Source: Vitrella brassicaformis CCMP3155
Taxonomy: Eukaryota > Protista > Chromerida
Assembly (NCBI GenBank): GCA_001179505.1
Contig: CDMY01000896.1
Coordinates: 1-12,391 of the forward strand
DNA length: 12,391 bases
Direction of reading: 5' to 3'
Position numbers and translations under genes: made by a program. This document shows, one piece after another, positions 1 through 7,965 of this stretch (positions within the stretch are counted from its first letter, which is position 1; every line of letters starts with the position of its first letter). The notes under the pieces are model-generated. The model ran no database searches and was not told the DNA's origin. It saw nothing but the letters and a program-made list of their open reading frames with translations.

Positions 1-65
1 ATAGCTGGATGGCGATGCTGCTGCTTGTGGCCCATTCACCGCCCCTGCCTTGAGATGAATGGCCT
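1..65 (-). repeat. Second copy of gene A exon 3 (matches 1894-1958)
   Basis: 1-65 vs 1894-1958: 61/65 identical by manual alignment, offset 1893. The reading frame is the same (AIHLKAGAVNGPQAAASPSSY vs AIYLEAGAVDGPQAAASPSSY), and the acceptor position is homologous (CAG at 66-64, TAG at 1959-1957). Confidence 0.95.
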
Positions 66-2345
66 GCCCGTTGATGGCAGCCATGACGTCATCCGGCAGA
101 TTGTTGAGCACTGCAGCCATGACGTCATCCGGCAGATTGTTGAGCACTGTCGCGTACTCGGGCAGCACCAGCTGGCGACGACGGCGGTCCTCCTCCGTGG
201 CTGTGGGCATGAGGGCGATGTCAGCGCCCGCCTGGAGCAGCACACGGATGGTTGTCTTGACGTGGGGGATCCGGAAGGTGAGGCGGTCCCTCACGGCCTG
301 CCCCGTGTTGCCTTCCTGCAGCTGTTGGATGTCCTCATCGAGCCGTTCGGCAGCGACGGTGAGGGGTGTGTAGGTGGGGTCATTCGGGGTCCCTCTGTTG
401 ATGTCGGCAGCGGTGAGACGCCGACACAGAGAGGCAGCGACACGGTGGGAGCCGCAGCTGCAGAGTGCCGCCAAGTGCAATGGCGTGCGTCCACCCAATA
501 TGTCCACGGCCGTGATGTCGGCCCCGTTGGCCACCAGCAGGTCGATGTAGCTCTCGATGAACTGCTGGGACCAAACGGGAGGTCTCATGGCCGCACTATG
601 CAGCAGATTCATGCCACCCAGGTCCCGCTCGGTTGCGAGTGTGGTGTCACGCTGGATGAGCTGCCGGTAGAAGGACAGCAGGATGGCCTCGTGAGCCTCA
701 GTCGGCTGGTCCGTCGGCAATGTGCGCACCTGCATCGCCGCCTCCCGCCCGCGCAGCTGGATGCCTGGAACAGGCAGACAGAAAGACAGACAGACATCAT
801 GATGTGTGTTCCGTGTCGTGAGTGGTGTAAATGGGTGTGCACCTGGCTGGCCCATCAGCAGGTCAAAGGCGGCCCGGTTGCACGACGCGAGGGCCACCCG
901 GATGGGCCTAGACAAATGGCTACCGCCATTGATGTCCGCCCCTCTCTGGATGAGAGCCCGCATGACGGCGAGCTGGAGTGCTGGCGTCTCCCACGTGGGC
1001 ATGGCGACGGGAGAGTAGTCACCGCCGTCGCCTGCCCAGATGGACGGCAGACGGTTGTCCGTGAGATTGTCGATGCACAGCGCCACCAGCGGATAAGCTT
1101 CATAGCGACCCGTGGTGCCCGCCACCCGCAGCAGTGGCTCCACGTTGAGGTCGGCTCCCTTCTGCTGAATCAGCTGCGTCACCTGCTGTGCGTCGGTGAT
1201 GGTGCGGCGAATGATGGATTCGGACAGCTGTCTGCTGGCGTAACTGGTGCCAAGAGGGAAGCGGACGTCGATCTCGCCGCTCTCCAAGCTATTCCAGCCA
1301 GATGGTAACGGCGCACCTGGTGGGACAGCGTCCACAGAGGAGGGTGGCATGTGTGTTGGTGGTGGGTGATTTTCTGACCTACCTCCGGTCTGTCGGCCCT
1401 GACCGCTGCCCTGCTGCCCATCGGATCCGTCACCACCGACACCAGCACCGACAGCACGATCCCCACCAGCACTACTTACGCCCCCTCCGAGGCGGGACAG
1501 GGGCGGCGGGCGATGCGCATGGCCGCTCAGCGTCAGACCAGTGGATGGAAGGACACCAACACCAGCAGCAGGATGGGGAGCGGGGGGACGCTGCACACAC
1601 CATCCACAACACAACACAATCCACAACACAACCATGCCATCATCGTGTTCTGGTGCTGACTGAGGGGCAGAGGAGGCATGCAATCACCTGTGGCTGCTGG
1701 GCATTTGGCAGGTTGGCGGCGAGCGGGTGCGCCTGGCCTTCTCCCCTGGCCCTCTTCGGCTCCTCACGCTCCAGAGGAAAGCCGGCACGCTTCACAACAC
1801 CTACACCTACACCTTCACACACATACACACACGACCCAGGCAATGATGACGTGCTGCGTCAGGCTGGCTGTGGTGCATTCATTGACTACCTGTATAGCTG
1901 GATGGCGATGCTGCTGCTTGTGGCCCATCCACCGCCCCTGCCTCGAGATAGATGGCCTACCGTTTGCCGCGGCGGGACAACCGATGACACACACACGTAC
2001 CGGAGAGTGGGTGAAGGTGTCTGTCTGTCTGTCGCGGTCGGTGCTCTTGTTTGTTGGCGTACCGGCGATGGAATGCGAGAGGGCTCTGTCATGGAGGCGT
2101 TGTTCCTCTGCCTCACGACGACATTGCTCACCGCTCCACCGCCCGCACGACCCTCCTGGCGCTCCTCCAGGTCCACTGGCCGCCGCACGTCACCGCCGCC
2201 ATGTTGCCCTGCACGCTCTAAATCGTCTGCAGAGATGGTGATACACACACACACAACGATGCTGTGTGTGTGATGTGGTGCATTTGTCTGAGTTGAGTGT
2301 ACCTTCATCGCCATCGCCACCATCCGCCGGGCCAGCAGGGGCCAT
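1..2345 (-). CDS. Ankyrin-repeat protein, gene A (7 exons, 3' end beyond window start)
   Basis: Hand-spliced exons: 2345-2303 (MAPAGPADGGDGDEG), 2226-2063 (alternative in-phase donors at 2131 or 2116), 1956-1890, ~1806-1688 (acceptor uncertain by +/-6 nt), 1590-1383, 1316-843, 764-<1. All introns are GT-AG with consistent phases, and no stops were found in the two ankyrin exons. Ankyrin-type motifs: 'LQLAVMRALIQRGADIN', 'NLLHSAA', 'YIDLLVANGADITAVDILGGRTPLHLAA', 'YTPLTVAA', 'TIRVLLQAGADIA'. The ankyrin frame is missing from the ORF track because it is still open at the window edge. Confidence 0.88.
77..148. repeat. Perfect 36-bp tandem duplication (12 codons, VLNNLPDDVMAA x2 on minus strand)
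   Basis: gcagccatgacgtcatccggcagattgttgagcact occurs at 77-112 and again at 113-148. Confidence 0.97.
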
Positions 2346-3015
2346 GTCGGTGTCGGGACGACCAGACGACATCGCTTTCAATCACACAGACAGACCTACA
2401 GCTGCACCATGGACAACACTCACACACAGAGATGGGCGGGCACCTGGTGTGTGTGTTGTGTGCATCAGTGCTTGCCTATCAAAAGTATGAGTCCACGGCC
2501 AGTCGCCCAGACACACTCGATGAATCAGCCCGCCCGTCGACAAGGCAGACCTGAAGACCATCAACACACACAGACAGCAAACAGCTCATCGGTGTGTTTG
2601 TGAGTGAGCCAATCGCCGCATCTTGCCGCTTACTGTCGGACGAGGTGATCCGCCGGCAGTAGGGCCACTGACACTCAATATACTCGAGTTGGACGCTGAT
2701 GGATCAGGCACCACGAGAAACGTCTGATCTTGGGCCGAGCGGCGGACAGATGGACTCGTCTCCTCATCCGGTCCTCACTGCGCCTCCACTGGCTCACTGA
2801 GAGGATCTCTTAAACACAAAGTCGTCCCGATTCTTTTCGCCCTCTCTCAGGCTCGCATCCATCAGCTGCGGGACGGGCAAAGGAGTGCAAAGGAGCCCTC
2901 TGGTGTGGGCTCACAGGGCTCGTCAGAAGTCAGGCATTCAGCCGCAGTGAGCCCCAATCACTTTGGATGAATTGTTTTCGGTGGAAAGAGCAGCACAATT
3001 GGCTCCGTGTGCGTG
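2227..3015 (-). repeat. First intron, start exon and upstream region of gene A, paralogous to 7966-8730
   Basis: Colinear shared blocks include tgtctgagttgagtgtaccttcatcgccatcgccaccatccgccgggccagc, gtgtgcatcagtgcttgcctatcaa, cgcccgtcgacaaggcagacctg, tgtgagtgagccaatcgccgcatctt, gcctccactggctcac and cagccgcagtgag-ccc-atcactttggatgaattg. The far boundary is approximate. Confidence 0.9.
2402..2633 (-). other. Two putative 5'-UTR introns of gene A: 2633-2551 (GT-AG) and 2475-2402 (GC-AG)
   Basis: Donor A|GTAAGC with acceptor TTCAG gives 83 nt. Donor AG|GCAAGC with acceptor TGCAG gives 74 nt. Both have counterparts at homologous positions in gene B, and the lengths match the coding introns. No transcript evidence. 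Confidence 0.55.
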
Positions 3016-3482
3016 AGTGCTGTGTTGTATGTCATAAGAATGGCCCCTGTACATGACTCACAGACTCATATATGGACACAATGTTTGTGCACGAACATGA
3101 AGCCCATGATACAGTGAGTGAGTCAGTGCTATAGACACCCCCGCTGCCCTCACTCTCCACAGCCCCGTGCAGCTGTCTACCTAGACCGTCGAGCTCACGG
3201 GCCTGTCTGTCTGTCTGTCTGTCAGTTGCTCGCGTGGCTCAACTCTCGTGCACGGTCGACGTGCCCCTCCTGGTCCGCAATGGTGACATACACTTCATCC
3301 ATAGCATCGATCTCACGGCATGAAAGAGCTACATAGCCCCCAGCGTGCTACGCAGCTTCCCTTCCCTCCCTCCCGCCATCTCGCACATCTACCTTGGCTG
3401 GCAGGTAGGAAGGTCACGTGATTGGCTGATCGGCCCACTGCCGCACCTCATCGCGCGACCCGGCGAACACCACCTTGGTCTT

Positions 3483-3731
3483 GCACTGCTCACACAGGTA
3501 CTCCGGCTCGTCCAGCAGCTCCACCAGTGGTATCTTCTTCTCCTTCTTGCGGCCCTCGTTCTTTCTCTTGATGCCCTCATTCTCCTCACGCCGCCGCGCA
3601 TTCTCTGCCCGCACCTGCTGGAGGTCCCGCCGCAACTTGCTGCAGCGGTCGTCATAGCACTGGCGACACAGCCGGAGGTGTCTGCAGGGCATCTACATGA
3701 CCGATGGGGGCGCGTCGAGGCAGATGGCACA
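3483..3731 (-). other. C3HC4-type RING finger with 54-aa charged insert, interrupted by TAG
   Basis: CAICLDAPPSVM*MPCRHLRLCRQC-(54 aa)-CEQC. The first six ligands have the same spacing as the gene D RING (C-x2-C-x11-C-x-H-x3-C-x2-C). Confidence 0.85.
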
Positions 3732-3761
3732 CTCACGCCCATCTCCCTCTGGCTGGGCCGC

Positions 3762-3793
3762 TGCCGGGGGCTGCTGTTGCCGGGGGCTGCTGT
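3762..3793. repeat. Perfect 16-bp tandem duplication causing a frameshift
   Basis: tgccgggggctgctgt occurs at 3762-3777 and 3778-3793. Removing one copy joins the upstream frame (..PRQQPPA) to the RING frame (AAQPEGDGRECAIC). Confidence 0.93.
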
Positions 3794-4013
3794 CGCGGTA
3801 GGGGGGCACTCAAGCTGCTGGACGAAGACGGCTGGTGCTGCTGGATGCTCATCTGGGCAAGCCTGTGTGTGTGTATCAATCGCATCATGCGCCGTGTGTG
3901 TGGTATGGGATGTGTGTGGGCCCGCGTACCTTCGCTCGGTCTCTTTGAGCCGCCTGGCGAGTTCATCGTTCTTCCGCTGCAGCTCAGCCTCCCGCGACGA
4001 CACTTCCACACTG

Positions 4014-4047
4014 CACACACACACACACACACACAGAGAGAGAGAGA
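4014..4047. repeat. (CA)11(GA)6 compound microsatellite at an intron 3' end
   Basis: Direct reading. On the coding strand it reads (TC)n(TG)n immediately before the CAG acceptor at 4013-4011. Confidence 0.95.
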
Positions 4048-4589
4048 CACGGGAAGGTATCTGAATCGGATTCGTTCCATCCGTCCGTCAATGTCCGTGT
4101 ATGTGTGCCACGCACCTATCATCTACACCAGCAGCAGCAGCCGAGGCGCCCTGTCCACCCTCATCATCATCCAATGGCCTGACCACACATACGCAAATCG
4201 AATGACGTGACGAGTCGCCCATCGCCTGTGTGTGTGGTGTGTGTGGGTGTGCCTGCCTACCCTAGTGGCTCTTCGTATGGTGTTGCTGCTGCTGCTGCTG
4301 CGGCTGCCGGAGCTGCTGGTGTAGCACTGGGATGGTCGTAGCTACTGGACGAGGGAGAGGCATCAAACACGGACCTGACACAATACAGCACAGACATGGA
4401 CATTCGGAGGTGACTGTGCCGCGTGTGTTGATTGAGCGTGTTTGCCGTGCCCACCTCAGCTCATACGATTGCGAGGAACGGGGCTCATTCTGACTCAACG
4501 AGGCTCCAAACGACCTGATACGATGCATGAACAATAACCACCACCGATGTGTCGTGAGCTGTCCTCATGTCGGCCTGTCTGTTCCTTAC

Positions 4590-4651
4590 CTGGGGCACTT
4601 GACGAGTGGCGGAGGGCCGCGGTGACACGACGGACGATCCACACTCGACGA
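4590..4651 (-). repeat. Intragenic repeat, copy 2 (matches 5407-5468)
   Basis: 58/62 nt identical to 5407-5468. Encodes SSSVDRPSCHRGPPPLVKCPR and ends at a GTAAG donor. Confidence 0.93.
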
Positions 4652-4759
4652 GGAGGGTAAGATAGCCCTGGACACGGCATCTTGCAGAGGGCCGAGCGAC
4701 GCCGCTGCAGCTGCGGATGTGCCACTGGCATGGCCACCAGACGACAGCGATGCAGTGGC

Positions 4760-4819
4760 CTCGTGCAGTGATGCAAGAATGGCCATCTGGATCTGCGCAT
4801 CATGCTGCTCGTCTTCCTC
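4760..4819 (-). other. Ubiquitin-interacting motif (UIM)-like helix
   Basis: EEDEQHDAQIQMAILASLHE fits the UIM pattern: acidic patch, then hydrophobic-x-x-A-hydrophobic-x-x-S-x-x-E. Judged by eye only. Confidence 0.6.
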
Positions 4820-5406
4820 CCTGCACACACGGAAAGGACACCTCTGCCGTGGTGCTTGGCTATGCACCGCACGTCTGTGGCAGACAACGAACCTGTCGTC
4901 TTGGGCTTGCTGTTCTGGGTAGTGAGTGTCGTCTGCCGGTCCGAATGACGGCGGTGAGGCAGATGCAGCTGCGGCCGCGACACCTGACGAGTGAGATGAG
5001 GGCCTGCAAACCAACAAGGGATGCGGCTGGGATGAGTAACAGAGAGAATATCATCTCCTCCACTGGCCAAGACTCACTTGTTTCGGTTCGGCCGACGTGT
5101 GCCCTTGCTGTCAGCACTACCGAGCCGATCAGATGACTGAGAAGCCACGGGCACCCTGCATGACAGCCGGGAGAAGTGAGCAAGTCTGTGCGTGTGCCTC
5201 GCTGTGCCGACCTCTGCCGTGTGTCTGTGTCTTCGCCGTCAGCACAACCGTCCTCTACGTCGCTACCAGCATAATGCTCAACACCCTCCTCAGCCACAGA
5301 CTCAACACGCCTACAAGAGCCCCAACGACACGAGAAGATGGACGCACGGTAAGCGACCACTGGTGTGTGCGTGAGGTGTTCTTCTGTCGGCCTGTCAATG
5401 CCTGGC

Positions 5407-5468
5407 CTGGGGTACTTGACGAGTGGCGGAGGGCCCCGGTGACACGACGGACGATGCGCACTCGACGA
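5407..5468 (-). repeat. Intragenic repeat, copy 1 (matches 4590-4651)
   Basis: Encodes SSSAHRPSCHRGPPPLVKYPR. Similarity continues patchily into the following intron (gacaggccgaca..ctcacg), and the donor here reads GCCAGG. Confidence 0.93.
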
Positions 5469-6459
5469 TAAGGGAAGCAGGTCGTCACTGACACAAAATG
5501 AGACGACAGACACCGGCACCATTCATTGTGCACATCCATCGATCCCCTTCTCTGTGTCTGTCTGCTTACAGCTGCTGTGGCGCATGTGCCAGAGGCGGGA
5601 ACGCATCATCGGCACCTCTCGCCGGTTTCGGTGCAGGCGCGAGGGGCGGAGGGGGTGGGGCCGGGTGAGAGGCACTCGATGACACAAACGATTGCCGCTT
5701 GGCCGACTCGCGCGGCTCCTCAGCTGACGGCAGACGGGGAGTGGAAGGGAACGGCAGAGACGACAAGAATGATGTGGCAGCCGGGAGGCCCAGCCCCCTG
5801 CCTCCACCCAACTTGCTGCCTACCGATGGTCCCATCAGCCGCTCCTCGCGCGGCGTCTGGTCGGCCGTCGACATATCGCTGGGGCGAGAGAGCATAGGGC
5901 GATCGTGGGTCTGGAATGGAGAGTTGTCGGCTGAGGGCCGCAGGGTCGCCTTTTGCTTGGCTGTGGGGGGCTGGAAGGGCGAGAAGGGGGGATGAGTCGA
6001 TCCTTTGGTGTGGGCAGCTGGCTGGGCCTTGACGGGGTTGGTCTGCTTATGGCTTTCGACAGCGCGTTGAGCGAAGGCTGACCCCAACAGCAGAGCGTCG
6101 CTGTCCTCCTCATTGGAAGCTGGCTGGTCGTCATTGGCTGCCCCAGTGCTGTCCGCCTGGTCTTCTTCGCCCCCCGGCGGGCTGCTGGTGGGGGTGATGG
6201 TGGATGTTGCGCTGTGCTGCCCCTTGCCCCCCTTGCCCTTCTTCTTGCCACCCTTCGCCTTAGCCGCCTCCTCCTTCTTGTTGGCCGCCTCCTCCTCTCT
6301 GATGAGGGCCGCCATCTTGGTGTCGGCCTCCCTCTGCTGCCGCGCCAAGTCGGCCGCTGTGGGGGCCTCCTTGGCCTCTCGTGTGGCCTGCCGCCTCTTG
6401 TGTCTGTCGCGCTGCTCCTTCAGCTTCTGCAGCAGCTCCTGCGTCGCTTCTGTGTTGGT

Positions 6460-7659
6460 AATGGGCAGCCCGTTGGGCGCCGCCGGGCGCTCCGCAATCA
6501 CCAGCTTGCGGCAACGGCGGTCGCTCTCTGTGGCTGTGGGCATGGGGGCGATGTCAGCGCCCGCCTGGAGCAGCACACGGATGGTGGTCTTGACGTTGGG
6601 GATCCGGACGGTGAGGCGGTCCCTCACGGCCTGCCCCGTGTTGTCGCCTCGCAGCTGGTGAATGGCCTTACCGAGCGATCGTGCAGCGAAGCCGAGGGGT
6701 GTGAGGGGGTGCGGGTCACTCGGCAGCCCTCTGTTGACGTCAGCAGCGGCGAGACGGCGGCAGAGAGACGCAGCGACACAGTGCGAGCCACGGGCCGCCG
6801 CGTGGTGCAATGGCGTCGCTCCCATGTGGTCAGTCGCCGTGATGTCGGCCCCGTTGGCCACCAGCAGGTCGATGTAGCTCTCGATGAACTCCTGAGACCA
6901 GACGGGATGCACGATCGCCGCCACATGCAGCGGACTAGTGCCAGTGCCCGAATCGGTCTCGGTTGCGAGGCTGCCGTCACGCTGGACGAGCTGCCGGTAG
7001 AAGGACAGCAGGGTGGCCTCACTCTCCCTAGTCGGCTGGTCCGTCGGCAATGTGCGCGGCAGCTGCATCACCCATCGGCCCTGCAGCTGGATGCCTGGGA
7101 CAGAGAGACAGAAAGACAGACGTTCAGACATCATGGTGTGTGTGCCGTGTCGTGAGTGCTGTGAATGGGTGTGTACCTGGCTGACTCATCAGGAGATCGA
7201 AGGCGGCCCGGTGGCACGAGGCGATGGCCACTCGGATGGGCGAAGCAACACCACCCGCATTGATGTCGGCCCCTGTCTGGATGAGGCTGCGCATGATGGC
7301 GAGCTGGAGTCCGAGCGTCCGCCACATCGGCATGGCGACGGGACAGTCGTCATCGCTGTCACCAGTACCGCCGTCGGGTGCCCAGATGGACGGCACGCTG
7401 TTGTCAGTGAGGTTGTCGATGGACAGCGACAGCAGCGAATAGGCCATGTAGGTATCAATAGTGCCCGCCTTCTACAGCCCAGGCTCGACATTGGGGTCTG
7501 CTCGCTGCCGCTGAATCAGCTGGGTCATATGCTGTGCGTCAGTGATGGTGCGGCGAAGAATGGCCTCGGACAGCCGACTGCTGGCGCCACTGGTGCCAGG
7601 AGGCACGTGGACGTCGACGCCGTTCCCGCAGCTCTTCCACCCACGGGGTAGCGACGGAC
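6460..7659 (-). other. Ankyrin-repeat block of gene B, paralogous to gene A ~100-1316
   Basis: 'TSPLHVAA', 'YIDLLVANGADITATDHMGATPLHHAA', 'LTPLGFAA', 'TIRVLLQAGADIA'. The intron sits at the same position (QP/G-IQL) as in gene A. Confidence 0.92.
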
Positions 7660-7965
7660 CTGTGGCCGACAAAACGGACAGACAAGAGGCACATTAGATG
7701 ACCAATGATAGTGACGGGCGATTCTGATTTGTGTGTATGTGGGTTGGTCGGCGTCTACCTCCATTCTGTCTGGTGCCCTGCTGCCCGCCGACACGGCTGA
7801 CTCCTCCACCTGCACAGAGGCACAAAGAGGATAGTGAGGCACACACCGACGGACTGTGCTTCTGGTGTGTGTGGTATGATGGTCACTCACCGCTATCAAC
7901 ACCATTGCGATCTGGTCCGTCTGGTTGTGCGCTGCCGTCATGCTGTTCCTCCACGGCTACATCGT

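Noticed and set aside
77-148. CRISPR-like 36-bp direct repeat
   Set aside because: There are only two adjacent copies with no spacer, inside a eukaryotic exon.
25-1308. 427-aa plus-strand ORF (also 6214-7155 and 6113-6661)
   Set aside because: These are antisense shadows of the GC-rich ankyrin exons. The minus strand has the recognisable motifs and splice sites, and the plus frame reads through intronic repeats.
1302-2273. 323-aa plus-strand ORF
   Set aside because: It is His/Thr-rich from CA repeats, has no recognisable domain, and overlaps phase-consistent minus-strand exons of gene A.
2600-2616. CCAAT box (gagccaatcg), conserved at 8330-8346
   Set aside because: It falls inside the predicted UTR intron, and on the coding strand is followed by CTCAC branch-point-like motifs, so splicing or shared ancestry explains it better.
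5566-5568. Stop codon ending the 522-aa ORF
   Set aside because: The TAA is part of a GTAAGC donor, and the frame continues in phase at 5487.
5643-5665. G-quadruplex-like run of G tracts
   Set aside because: It is fully explained by Pro codons (HPAPPPPPLAP) on the coding strand.
3693-7474. TAG reassignment or programmed readthrough (both internal stops are TAG; the four terminal stops are TGA/TAA)
   Set aside because: The sample is tiny. The aligned residues differ (Arg in gene A, Leu in the gene D RING), and an independent 16-bp frameshift in the same gene points to ordinary decay. A genome-wide stop-codon usage check would settle it.
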